Positions 26,399 to 41,665 of a stretch of 64,000 nt of DNA are shown here, in pieces. Position numbers and translations under genes: made by a program. Position 1 is the stretch's first letter. Every line of letters starts with the position of its first letter. Source of the DNA: the human T2T-CHM13v2.0 reference genome, Homo sapiens; assembly GCF_009914755.1 (NCBI RefSeq), contig NC_060925.1. One strand, given 5' to 3'. The notes beneath the pieces were generated by a model that made no database searches, was not told where the DNA came from, and was given only the letters and a program-made list of their open reading frames with translations.

Positions 26399-29300
26399 AT
26401 GAAATTGAAATGGATGGACTCATCATCGAATGGATTCGAATGGAATCATCGAATAAAATTGATTGAAATCATCATCGAATGGAATCGAATGGTATCATTG
26501 AATGGAATCGAATGGAATCATCATCAGATGGAAATGAATGGAATCGTCATAGAATGGAATCGAATGGATTCATTGAATGGAATCAGATGGAATCATCGAA
26601 CGGATTGGAATGGAATCATTGAATGGACTCGGAAGGGATCATGATTGAATGGAATTGAATGGAATCATCGAATGGTCTCGATTGGAATCATTATCAAATG
26701 GAATCGAATGGAATCACCGAATAGAATCGAATGGAACAATCATCGAATGGACTCAAATGGAATTATCCTCAAATGGAATCGAATGGAATTATTGAATGCA
26801 ATCGAATGGAATTATCGAATGCAATCGAATAGAATCATCGAATGGACTCGAATGGAATCATCGAATGGAATGGAATGGAACAGTCAATGAACTCGAATGG
26901 AATCATCATTGAATGGAATCGAATGGAATCATCGAGTGGAATCGAATGGAATTATGATCAAATGGAATCGAATGTAATCATCATCAAATGGAATCAAAAA
27001 TAACCATCATCAATTGGTATTGAATGGAATTGTCATCAAATGGAATTCAAAGGAATCGTTCATCAAATGGAACCGAATGGAATCCTCATTGAATGGAAAT
27101 GAAAGGGGTCATCATCTAATGGAATCGGATGGAATCATCATCAAATGGAATCGAATGGAATCATCATCAAATGGAATCTAATGGAATCATTGAACAGAAT
27201 TGAATGGAATCGTCATCGGATGAATTGAATGCAATCATCGAATGGTCTCGAATGGAATCATCTTCTAATGGAAAGGAATGGAATCATCGCATAGAAACGA
27301 ATGGAATTATCATCGAATGGAATCGAATGGTATCAACACCAAACGGAAAAAAACGGAATTATCGAATGGAATCGAAGAGAATCTTCGAACGGACCCGAAT
27401 GGAATCATCTAATGGAATGGAATGGAATAATCCATGGACTCGAATGCAATCATCATCGAATGGAATCGAATGGAATCATCGAATGGACTCGAATGGAATA
27501 ATCATTGAACGGAATCGAATGGAATCATCATCGGATGGAAACGAATGGAATCATCATCGAATGGAATCGAATAGAATTATGGAATGAAATCCAGTGTGAT
27601 CATCATCGAATGGACCCGAATGGAATCATCATCCAACGGAAGCTAATGGAATCAACATCGAATGAATCAAATGGAAACACCATCGAATTGAAACGAATGG
27701 AATTACCATGAAATTGAAATGGATGGACTCATCATCGAATGGATTCGAATGGAATCATCGAATAAAATTGATTGAAATCATCATCGAATGGAATCGAATG
27801 GTATCATTGAATGGAATCGAATGGAATCATCATCAGATGGAAATGAATGGAATCGTCATAGAATGGAATCGAATGGATTCATTGAATGGAATCAGATGGA
27901 ATCATCGAACGGACTGGAATGGAATCATTGAATGGACTCGAAAGGGATCATGATTGAATGGAATTGAATGGAATCATCGAATGGTCTCGATTGGAATCAT
28001 TATCAAATGGAATCGAATGGAATCACCGAATAGAATCGAATGGAACAATCATCGAATGGACTCAAATGGAATTATCCTCAAATGGAATCGAATGGAATTA
28101 TTGAATGCAATCGAATGGAATTATCGAATGCAATCGAATAGAATCATCGAATGGACTCGAATGGAATCATCGAATGGAATGGAATGGAACAGTCAATGAA
28201 CTCGAATGGAATCATCATTGAATGGAATCGAATGGAATCATCGAGTGGAATCGAATGGAATTATGATCAAATGGAATCGAATGTAATCATCATCAAATGG
28301 AATCAAAAATAACCATCATCAATTGGTATTGAATGGAATTGTCATCAAATGGAATTCAAAGGAATCGTTCATCAAATGGAACCGAATGGAATCCTCATTG
28401 AATGGAAATGAAAGGGGTCATCATCTAATGGAATCGCATGGAATCATCATCAAATTGAATCGAATGGAATCATCATCAAATGGAATCTAATGGAATCATT
28501 GAACAGAATTGAATGGAATCGTCATCGAATGAATTGAATGCAATCATCGAATGGTCTCGAATGGAATCATCTTCTAATGGAAAGGAATGGAATCATCGCA
28601 TAGAAACGAATGGAATTATCATCGAATGGAATCGAATGGTATCAACACCAAACGGAAAAAAACGGAATTATCGAATGGAATCGAAGAGAATCTTCGAACG
28701 GACCCGAATGGAATCATCTAATGGAATGGAATGGAATAATCCATGGACTCGAATGCAATCATCATCGAATGGAATCGAATGGAATCATCGAATGGACTCG
28801 AATGGAATAATCATTGAACGGAATCGAATGGAATCATCATCGGATGGAAACGAATGGAATCATCATCGAATGGAATCGAATAGAATTATGGAATGAAATC
28901 CAGTGTGATCATCATCGAATGGACCCGAATGGAATCATCATCCAACGGAAGCTAATGGAATCAACATCGAATGAATCGAATGGAAACACCATCGAATTGA
29001 AACGAATGGAATTACCATGAAATTGAAATGGATGGACTCATCATCGAATGGATTCGAATGGAATCATCGAATAAAATTGATTGAAATCATCATCGAATGG
29101 AATCGAATGGTATCATTGAATGGAATCGAATGGAATCATCATCAGATGGAAATGAATGGAATCGTCATAGAATGGAATCGAATGGATTCATTGAATGGAA
29201 TCAGATGGAATCATCGAACGGATTGGAATGGAATCATTGAATGGACTCGGAAGGGATCATGATTGAATGGAATTGAATGGAATCATCGAATGGTCTCGAT

Positions 29301-30170
29301 TGGAATCATTATCAAATGGAATCGAATGGAATCACCGAATAGAATCGAATGGAACAATCATCGAATGGACTCAAATGGAATTATCCTCAAATGGAATCGA
29401 ATGGAATTATTGAATGCAATCGAATGGAATTATCGAATGCAATCGAATAGAATCATCGAATGGACTCGAATGGAATCATCGAATGGAATGGAATGGAACA
29501 GTCAATGAACTCGAATGGAATCATCATTGAATGGAATCGAATGGAATCATCGAGTGGAATCGAATGGAATTATGATCAAATGGAATCGAATGTAATCATC
29601 ATCAAATGGAATCAAAAATAACCATCATCAATTGGTATTGAATGGAATTGTCATCAAATGGAATTCAAAGGAATCGTTCATCAAATAGAACCGAATGGAA
29701 TCCTCATTGAATGGAAATGAAAGGGGTCATCATCTAATGGAATCGCATGGAATCATCATCAAATTGAAACGAATGGAATCATCATCAAATGGAATCTAAT
29801 GGAATCATTGAACAGAATTGAATGGAATCGTCATCGAATGAATTGAATGCAAACATCGAATGGTCTCGAATGGAATCATCTTCTAATGGAAAGGAATGGA
29901 ATCATCGCATAGAAACGAATGGAAATATCATCGAATGGAATCGAATGGTATCAACACCAAACGGAAAAAAACGGAATTATCGAATGGAATCGAAGAGAAT
30001 CTTCGAACGGACCCGAATGGAATCATCTAATGGAATGGAATGGAATAATCAATGGACTCGAATGCAATCATCATCGAATGGAATCGAATGGAATCATCGA
30101 ATGGACTCGAGTGGAATAATCATTGAACGGAATCGAATGGAATCATCATCGGATGGAAACGAATGGAATC
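26399..30170 (+). repeat. Local tandem triplication of a 1309-bp single-sub-repeat unit
   Basis: Landmarks 26399, 27708 and 29017 are 1309 apart. A private +1-bp motif ggaatcgttcatc occurs at ~27052, 28361 and 29670, with shared catcgaacgga(t/c)tgg, ttattgaatgc and atagaaacg variants. Confidence 0.9.
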
Positions 30171-33100
30171 ATCATCGAATGGAAATGAAAGGAGTCATCA
30201 TCTAATGGAATTGCATGGAATCATCATAAAATGGAATCGAATGGAATCAACATCAAATGGAATCAAATGGAATCATTGAACGGAATTGAATGGAATCGTC
30301 ATCGAATAAATTGAATGCAATCATCGAATGGTCTCGAATGGAATTATCTTCAAATGGAATGGAATGGAATCATCGCATAGAATCGAATGGAATTATCATC
30401 GAATGGAATCGAATGGAATCAACATCAAACGGAAAAAAACGGAATTATCGAATGGAATCGAAGAGAATCATCGAATGGACCCGAATGGAATCATCTAATG
30501 GAATGGAATGGAATAACCCATGGACTCGAATGCAATCATCATCGAATGGAATCGAATGGAATCATCGAATGGACTCGAATGGAATAATCATTGAACGGAA
30601 TCGAATGGAATCATCATCGGATGGAAATGAAAGGAGTCATCATCTAATGGAATTGCATGGAATCATCATAAAATGGAATCGAATGGAATCAACATCAAAT
30701 GGAATCAAATGGAATCATTGAACGGAATTGAATGGAATCGTCATCGAATGAATTGAATGCAATCATCGAATGGTCTCGAATGGAATCATCTTCAAATGGA
30801 ATGGAATGGAATCATCGCATAGAATCGAATGGAATTATCATCGAATGGAATCGAATGGAATCAACATCAAACGGAAAAAAACGGAATTATCGAATGGAAT
30901 CGAAGAGAATCATCGAATGGACCCGAATGGAATCATCTAATGGAATGGAATGGAATAATCCATGGACTCGAATGCAATCATCTTCGAATGGAATCGAATG
31001 GAAACATCCAATGGACTCGAATGGAATAATCATTGAACGGAATCGAATGGAATCATCATCGGATGGAAATGAATGGAATCATCATCGAATGGAATCGAAT
31101 AGAATTATGGAATGAAATCCAGTGTGATCATCATCGAATGGACCCGAATGGAATCATCATCCAACGGATGCTAATGGAATCAACATCGAATGAATCAAAT
31201 GGAAACACCATCGAATTGAAACGAATGGAATTACCATGAAATTGAAATGGATGGACTCATCATCGAATGGATTCGAAAGGAATCATCGAATAAAATTGAT
31301 TGAAATCATCATCGAATGGAATCGAATGGTATCATTGAATGGAATCGAATGGAATCATCATCAGATGGAAATGAATGGAATCGTCATAGAATGGAATCGA
31401 ATGGATTCATTGAATGGAATCAAATGGAATCATCGAATGGACTGGAATGGAATCATTGAATGGACTCGAAAGAGATCATGATTGAATGGAATTGAATGGA
31501 ATCATCGAATGGTCTCGATTGGAATCATTATCAAATGGAATCGAATGGAATCACCGAATAGAATCGAATGGAACAATCATCGAATGGACTCAAATGGAAT
31601 TATTCTCAAATGGAATCGAATGGAATTATCAAATGCAATCGAATGGAATTATCGAATGCAATCGAATAGAATCATCGAATGGACTCGAATGGAATCATCG
31701 AATGGAATGGAATGGAACAGTCAATGAACTCGAATGGAATCATCATTGAATGGAATCGAATGGAATCATTGAGTGGAATCGAATGGAATTATGATCAAAT
31801 GGAATCGAATGTAATCATCATCAAATGGAATCAAAAATAACCATCATCAATTGGTATTGAATGGAATTGTCATCAAATGGAATTCAAAGGAAACATCATC
31901 AAATGGAACCGAATGGAATCCTCATTGAATGGAAATGAAAGGGGTCATCATCTAATGGAATCGCATGGAATCATCATCAAATGGAATCGAATGGAATCAT
32001 CATCAAATGGAATCTAATGGAATCATTGAACAGAATTGAATGGAATCGTCATCGAATGAATTGAATGCAATCATCGAATGGTCTCGAATGGAACCATCTT
32101 CTAATGGAAAGGAATGGAATCATCGCATAGAATCGAATGGAATTGTCATCGAATGGAATCGAATGGTATCAACACCAAACGGAAAAAAACGGAATTATCG
32201 AATGGAATCGAAGAGAATCTTCGAACGGACCCGAATGGAATCATCTAATGGAATGGAATGGAATAATCCATGGACTCGAATGCAATCATCATCGAATGGA
32301 ATGGAATGGAATCATCGAATGGACTCGAATGGAATAATCATTGAACGGAATCGAATGGAATCATCATCGGATGGAAACGAATGGAATCATCATCGAAAGG
32401 AAATGAAAGGAGTCATCATCTAATGGAATTGCATGGAATCATCATCAAATGGAATCGAATGCAATCAACATCAAATGGAATCAAATGGAATCATTGAACG
32501 GAATTGAATGGAATCGTCATCGAATTAATTGAATGCAATCATCGAATGGTCTCCAATGGAATCATCTTCAAATGGAATGGAATGGAATCATCGCATAGAA
32601 TCGAATGGAATTATCATCGAATGGAATCGAATGGTATCAACATCAAACGGAAAAAAACGGAATTATCGAATGGAATCGAAGAGAATCTTCGAACGGACCC
32701 GAATGGAATCATCTAATGGAATGGAATGGAATCATCCATGGACTGGAAGGCAATCATCATTGAACGGAATCGAAAGGAATCATCATCGGATGGAAACGAC
32801 TGGAATCATCATCGAATGGAAATGAAAGGGGTCATCATCTAATGGAATTGCATGGAATCATCATAAAATGGAATCGAATGGAATCAACATCAAATGGAAT
32901 CAAATGGAATCATTGAACGGAATTGAATGGAATCGTCATCGAATGAATTGAATGCAATCATCGAATGGTCTCGAATGGAATCATCTTCAAATGGAATGGA
33001 ATGGAATCATCGCATAGAATCGAATGGAATTATCATCGAATGGAATCGAATGGAATCAACATCAAACGGAAAAAAACGGAATTATCGAATTGAATCGAAT

Positions 33101-36100
33101 AGAATCATCGAATGGACCCGAATGGAATCATCTAATGGAATGGAATGGAATAATCCATGGACTCGAATGCAATCATCATCGAATGGAATCGAATGGAATC
33201 ATCGAATGGACTCGAATGGAATAATCATTGAACGGAATCGAATGGAATCATCATCGGATGGAAACGAATTGAATCATCATCGAATGGAATCGAATAGAAT
33301 TATGGAATGAAATCCAGTGTGATCATCATCGAATGGACCCGAATGGAATCATCATCCAACGGAAGCTAATGGAATCAACATCGAATAAATCAAATGGAAA
33401 CACCATCGAATTGAAACGAATGGAATTACCATGAAATTGAAATGGATGGACTCATCATCAAATGGATTCGAATGGAATCATCGAATAAAATTGATTGAAA
33501 TCATCATCGAATGGAATCGAATGGTATCATTGAATGGAATCGAATGGAATCATCATCAGATGGAAATGAATGGAATCGTCATAGAATGGAATCGAATGGA
33601 TTCATTGAATGGAATCAGATGGAATCATTGAATGGACTGGAATGGAATCATTGAATGGACTCGAAAGGGATCATTATTGAATGGAATTGAATGGAATCAT
33701 CGAATGGTCTCGATTGGAATCATTATCAAATGGAATCGAATGGAATCACCGAATAGAATCGAATGGAACAATCATCGAATGGACTCAAATGGAATTATCC
33801 TCCAATGGAATCGAATGGAATTATCGAATGCAATCGAATGGAATTATCGAATGCAATCGAATAGAATCATCGAATGGACTCGAATGGAATCATCGAATGG
33901 AATGGAATGGAACAGTCAATGAACTCGAATGGAATCATCATTGAATGGAATCGAATGGAATCATCGAGTGGAATCGAATGGAATTATGATCAAATGGAAT
34001 GGAATGTAATCATCATCAAATGGAATCAAAAATAACCATCATCAATTGGTATTGAATGGAATTGTCATCAAATGGAATTCAAAGGAATCATTATCAAATG
34101 GAACCGAATGGAATCCTCATTGAATGGAAATGAAAGGGGTCATCATCTAATGGAATCGCATGGAATCATCATCAAATGGAATCGAATGGAATCATCATCA
34201 AATGGAATCTAATGGAATCATTGAAAAGAATTCAATGGAATCGTCATCGAATGAATTGAATGCAATCATCGAATGGTCTCGAATGGAATCATCTTCTAAT
34301 GGAAAGGAATGGAATCATCGCATAGAATCGAATGGAATTATCATCGAATGGAATCGAATGGAATCAACATGAAACGGAAAAAAACGGAATTATCGAATGG
34401 AATCGAAGAGAATCATCGAATGGACCCGAAAGGAATCATCTAATGGAATGGCAAGGAATAATCCATGGACTCGAATGCAATCATCATCGAATGGAATCGA
34501 ATGGAATCATCGAATGGACTCGAATGGAATAATCATTGAACGGAATCGAATGGAATCATCATCGGATGGAAATGAAAGGAGTCATCATCTAATGGAATTG
34601 CATGGAATCATCATAAAATGGAATCGAATGGAATCAACATCAAATGGAATCAAATGGAATCATTGAACGGAATTGAATGGAATCGTCATCGAATGAATTG
34701 AATGCAATCATCGAATGGTCTCGAATGGAATCATCTTCAAATGGAATGGAATGGAATCATCGCATAGAATCGAATGGAATTATCATCGAATGGAATCGAA
34801 TGGAATCAACATCAAACGGAAAAAAACGGAATTATCGAATGGAATCGAAGAGAATCATCGAATGGACCCGAATGGAATCATCTAATGGAATGTAATGGAA
34901 TAATCCATGGACTCGAATGCAATCATCATCGAATGGAATCGAATGGAATCATCGAATGGACTCGAATGGAATAATCATTGAACGGAATAGAATAGAATCA
35001 TCATCGGATGGAAATGAATGGAATCGTCATCGAATGGAATCGAATAGAATTATGGAATGAAATCCAGTGTGATCATCATCGAATGGACCCGAATGGAATC
35101 ATCATCCAACGGAAGCTAATGGAATCAACATCGAATGAATCAAATGGAAACACCATCGAATTGAAACGAATGGAATTACCATGAAATTGAAATGGATGGA
35201 CTCATCATCGAATGGATTTGAGTGGAATCATCGAATAAAATTGATTGAAATCATCATCGAATGGAATCGAATGGTATCATTGAATGGAATCGAATGGAAT
35301 CATCATCAGATGGAAATGAATGGAATCGTCATAGAATGGAATCGAATGGATTCATTGAATGGAATCAGATGGAATCATCGAATGGACTGGAATGGAATCA
35401 TTGAATGGACTCGAAAGGGATCATGATTGAATGGAATTGAATGGAATCATCGAATGGTCTCGATTGGAATCATTATCAAATGGAATCGAATGGAATCACC
35501 GAATAGAATCGAATGGAACAATCATCGAATGGACTCAAATGGAATTATCCTCAAATGGAATCGAATGGAATTATCGAATGCAATCGAATGGAATTATCGA
35601 ATGCAATCGAATAGAATCATCGAAAGGACTCGAATGGAATCATCGAATGGAATGGAATGGAACAGTCAATGAACTCGAATGGAATCATCATTGAATGGAA
35701 TCGAATGGAATCATCGAGTGGAATCGAATGGAATTATGATCAAATGGAATCGAATGTAATCATCATTAAATGGAATCAAAAATAACCATCATCAATTGCT
35801 ATTGAATGGAATTGTCATCAAATGGAATTCAAAGGAATCATCATCAAATGGAACCGAATGGAATCCTCATTGAATGGAAATGAAAGGGGTCATCATCTAA
35901 TGGAATCGCATGGAATCATCATCAAATGGAATCGAATGGAATCATCATCAAATGGAATCTAATGGAATCATTGAACAGAATTGAATGGAATCGTCATCGA
36001 ATGAATTGAATGCAATCATCGAATGGTCTCGAATGGAATCATCTTCTAATGGAAAGGAATGGAATCATCGCATAGAATCGAATGGAATTATCATCGAATG

Positions 36101-38829
36101 GAATCGAATGGTATCAACACCAAACGGAAAAAAACGGAATTATCGAATGGAATCGAAGAGAATCTTCGAACGGACCCGAATGGAATCATCTAATGGAATG
36201 GAATGCAATAATCCATGGACTCGAATGCAATCATCATCGAATGGAATCGAATGGAATCATTGAATGGGCTCGAATGGAATAATCATTGAAAGGAATCGAA
36301 TGGAATCATCATCGGATGGAAACGAATGGAATCATCATCGAATGGAAATGAAAGGAGTCATCATCTAATGCAATTGCATGGAATCATCATCAAATTGAAT
36401 CGAATGGAATCAACATCAAATGGAATCTAATGGAATCATTGAACAGAATTGAATGGAATCGTCATCGAATGAATTGACTGCAATCATCGAATGGTCTCGA
36501 ATGGAATCATCTTCAAATGGAATGGAATGGAATCATCGCATAGAATCGAATGGAATTATCATCGAATGGAATCGAATGGAATCAACATCAAACGGAAAAA
36601 AACGGAATTATCGAATGGAATCGAAGAGAATCATCGAATGGACCCGAATGGAATCATCTAATGGAATGGAATGGAATAATCCATGGACTCGAATGCAATC
36701 ATCATCGAATGGAATCGAATGGAATCATCGAGTGGACTCGAATGCAATCATCATTGAATGGAATCGAATGGAATCATCGAGTGGAATCGAATGGAATTAT
36801 GATCAAATGGAATCGAATGTAATCATCATCAAATGGAATCAAAAATAACCATCATCAATTGGTAATGAATGGAATTGTCATCAAATGGAATTCAAAGGAA
36901 TCATCATCAAATGGAACCGAATGGAATCCTCATTGAATGGAAATGAAAGGGGTCATCATCTAATGGAATCACATGGAATCATCATCAAATGGAATCGAAT
37001 GGAATCTTCATCAAATGGAATCTAATGGAATCATTGAACAGAATTGAATGGAATCGTCATCGAATGAATTGAATGCAATCATCGAATGGTCTCGAATGGA
37101 ATCATTTTCTAATGGAAAGGAATGGAATCATCGCATAGAATCGAATGGAATTATCATCGAATGGAATCGAATGGTATCAACACCAAACGGAAAAAAACGG
37201 AATTATCGAAAGGAATCGAAGAGAATCTTCGAACGGACCCGAATGGAATCATCTAATGGAATGGAATGGAATAATCCATGGACTCGAATGCAATCATCAT
37301 CGAATGGAATCGAATGGAATCATCGAATGGACTCGAATGGAATAATCATTGAACGGAATCGAATGGAATCATCATCAGATGGAAATGAATGGAATCATCA
37401 TCGAATGGAATCGAATAGAATTATAGAATGAAATTCAGTGTGATCATCATCGAATGGACCCGAATGGAATCATCATCCAACAGAAGCTAATGGAATCAAC
37501 ATCGAATGAATCGAATGGAAACACCATCGAATTCAAACGAATGGAATTACCATGAAATTGAAATGGATGGACTCATCATCGAATGGATTCGGATGGAATC
37601 ATCGAATAAAATTGATTGAAATCATCATCGAATGAAATCGAATGGTATCATTGAATGGAATCGAATGGAATCATCATCAGATGGAAATGAATGGAATCGT
37701 CATAGAATGGAATCGAATGGATTCATTGAATGGAATCAGATGGAATCATCGAATGGACTGGAATGGAATCATTGAATGGACTCGAAAGGGATCATGATTG
37801 AATGGAATTGAATGGAATCATCGAATGGTCTCGATTGGAATCATTATCAAATGGAATCGAATGGAATCACCGAATAGAATCGAATGGAACAATCATCGAA
37901 TGGACTCAAATGGAATTATCCTTAAATGGAATCGAATGGAATTATCGAATGCAATCGAATAGAATCATCGAATGGACTCGAATGGAATCATCGAATGGAA
38001 TGGAATGGAACAGTCAATGAACTCGAATGGAATCATCATTGAATGGAATCGAATGGAATCATCGAGTGGAATCGAATGGAATTATGATCAAATGGAATCG
38101 AATGTAATCATCATCAAATGGAATCAAAAATAACCATCATCAATTGGTATTGAATGGAATTGTCATCAAATGGAATTCAAAGGAATCATCATCAAATGGA
38201 ACCGAATGGAATCCTCATTGAATGGAAATGAAAGGGGTCATCATCTAATGGAATCGCATGGAATCATCATCAAATGGAATCGAATGGAATCATCATCAAA
38301 TGGAATCTAATGGAATCATTGAACAGAATTGAATGGAATCGTCATCGAATGAATTGAATGCAATCATCGAATGGTCTCGAATGGAATCATCTTATAATGG
38401 AAAGGAATGGAATCATCGCATAGAATCGAATGGAATTATCATCGAATGGAATCGAATGGTATCAACACCAAACGGAAAAAAACGGAATTATCGAATGGAA
38501 TCGAAGAGAATCTTCGAACGGACCCGAATGGAATCATCTAATGGAATGGAATGGAATAATCCATGGACTCGAATGCAATCATCATCGAATGGAATCGAAT
38601 GGAATCATCGAATGGACTCGAATGGAATAATCATTGAACGGAATCGAATGGAATCATCATCGGATGGAAACGAATGGAATCATCATCGAATGGAAATGAA
38701 AGGAGTCATCATCTAATGGAATTGCATGGAATCATCATAAAATGGAATCGAAAGGAATCAACATCAAATGGAATCAAATGGAATCATTGAACGGAATTGA
38801 ATGGAATCGTCATCGAATGAATTGACTGC

Positions 38830-39123
38830 AATCATCGAATGGTCTCGAATGTAATCACATTCTAATGGAAAGGAATGGAATCATCGCATAGAATCGAATG
38901 GAATTAACATTGAATGGACTCGAATGGAATCAACATCAAACGGAATCAAGCGGAATTATCGAATGGAATCGAAGAGAATCATCGAATGGTCTCGAATGGA
39001 ATCATCTTCTAATGGAAAGGAATGGAATCATCGCATAGAATCGAATGGAATTAACATTGAATGGACTCGAATGGAATCAACATCAAATGGAATCAAGCGG
39101 AATTATCGAATGAAATCGAAGAG
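38830..39123 (+). repeat. 147-bp tandem duplication within the divergent sub-repeat
   Basis: aatcatcgaatgg(t/a)ctcgaatg anchors at 38830, 38977 and 39124; acattgaatggactc...aatcaagcgg is present twice. Confidence 0.9.
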
Positions 39124-41665
39124 AATCATCGAATGGACTCGAATGGAATCATCTAATGGAATGGAATGGAATAATCCACGGACTCGAATGCAATCATCAT
39201 CGTATAGAATCGAATGGAATCATCGAATGGACTCGAATGGAATAATCATTGAACGGAAGCGAATGGAATCATCATCGGATGGAAACGAATGGAATCATAA
39301 TCGAATGGAAATGAAAGGAGTCATCATCTAATGGAATTGCATGGAATCATCATAAAATGGAATCGAATGGAATCAACATCAAATGGAATCAAATGGAATC
39401 ATTGAACGGAATTGAATGGAATCGTCATCGAATGAATTGACTGCAATCATCGAATGGTCTCGAATGGAATCATCTTCAAATGGAATGGAATGGAATCATC
39501 GCATAGAATCGAATGGAATTATCATCGAATGGAATCGAATGGAATCAACATCAAACGGAAAAAAACGGAATTATCGAATGGAATCGAAGAGAATCATCGA
39601 ATGGACCCGAATGGAATCATCTAATGGAATGGAATGGAATAATCCATGGACTCGAATGCAATCATCATCGAATGGAATCGAATGGAATCATCGAATGGAC
39701 TCGAATGGAATAATCATTGAAGGGAATCGAATGGAATCATCATCGGATGGAAATGAATGGAATCATCATCGAATGGAATCGAATAGAATTATGGAATGAA
39801 ATCCAGTGTGATCATCATCGAATGGACCCGAATGGAATCATCATCCAACGGAAGCTAATGGAATCAACATCGAATGAATCGAATGGAAACACCATCGAAT
39901 TGAAACGAATGGAATTATCATGAAATTGAAATGGATGGACTCATCATCGAATGGATTCGAATGGAATCATCGAATAAAATTGATTGAAATCATCATCCAA
40001 TGGAATCGAATGGTATCATTGAATGGAATCGAATGGAATCATCATCAGATGGAAATGAATGGAATCGTCATAGAATGGAATCGAATGGATTCATTGAATG
40101 GAATCAGATGGAATCATCGAATGGACTGGAATGGAATCATTGAATGGACTCGAAAGGGATCATGATTGAATGGAATTGAATGGAATCATCGAATGGTCTC
40201 GATTGGAATCATTATCAAATGGAATCGAATGGAATCACCGAATAGAATCGAATGGAACAATCATCGAATGGACTCAAATGGAATTATCCTCAAATGGAAT
40301 CGAATGGAATTATCGAATGCAATCGAATGGAATTATCGAATGCAATCGAATAGAATCATCGAATGGACTCGAATGGAATCATCGAATGGAATGGAATGGA
40401 ACAGTCAATGAACTCGAATGGAATCATCATTGAATGGAATCGAATGGAATCATCGAGTGGAATCGAATGGAATTATGATCAAATGGAATCGAATGTAATC
40501 ATCATCAAATGGAATCAAAAATAACCATCATCAATTGGTATTGAATGGAATTGTCATCAAATGGAATTCAAAGGAATCATCATCAAATGGAACCGAATGG
40601 AATCCTCATTGAATGGAAATGAAAGGGGTCATCATCTAATGGAATCGCATGGAATCATCATCAAATGGAATCGAATGGAATCATCATCAAATGGAATCTA
40701 ATGGAATCATTGAACAGAATTGAATGGAATGGTCATCGAATGAATTGAATGCAATCATCGAATGGTCTCGAATGGAATCATCTTCTAATGGAAAGGAATG
40801 GAATCATCGCATAGAATCGAATGGAATTATCATCGAATGGAATCGAATGGTATCAACACCAAACGGAAAAAAACGGAATTATCGAATGGAATCGAAGAGA
40901 ATCTTCGAACGGACCCGAATGGAATCATCTAATGGAATGGAATGGAATAATCCATGGACTCGAATGCAATCATCATCGAATGGAATCGAATGGAATCATC
41001 GAATGGACTCGAATGGAATAATCATTGAACGGAATCGAATGGAATCATCATCGGATGGAAATGAAAGGAGTCATCATCTAATGGAATTGCATGGAATCAT
41101 CATAAAATGGAATCGAATGGAATCAACATCAAATGGAATCAAATGGAATCATTGAACGGAATTGAATGGAATCGTCATCGAATGAATTGACTGCAATCAT
41201 CGAATGGTCTCGGAATCATCTTCAAATGGAATGGAATGAAATCATCGCATAGAATCGAATGGAATTATCATCGAATGGAATCGAATGGAATCAACATCAA
41301 ACGGAAAAAAACGGAATTATCGAATGGAATCGAAGAGAATCATCGAATGGACCCGAATGGAATCATCTAATGGAATGGAATGGAATAATCCATGGACTCG
41401 AATGCAATCATCATCGAATGGAATCGAATGGAATCATCGAATGGACTCGAATGGAATAATCATTGAACGGAATCGAATGGAATCATCATCGGATGGAAAT
41501 GAATGGAATCATCATCGAATGGAATCGAATAGAATTATGGAATGAAATCCAGTGAGATCATCATCGAATGGACCCGAATGGAATCATCATCCAACGGAAG
41601 CTAATGGAATCAACATCGAATGAATCGAATGGAAACACCATCGAATTGAAACGAATGGAATTATC

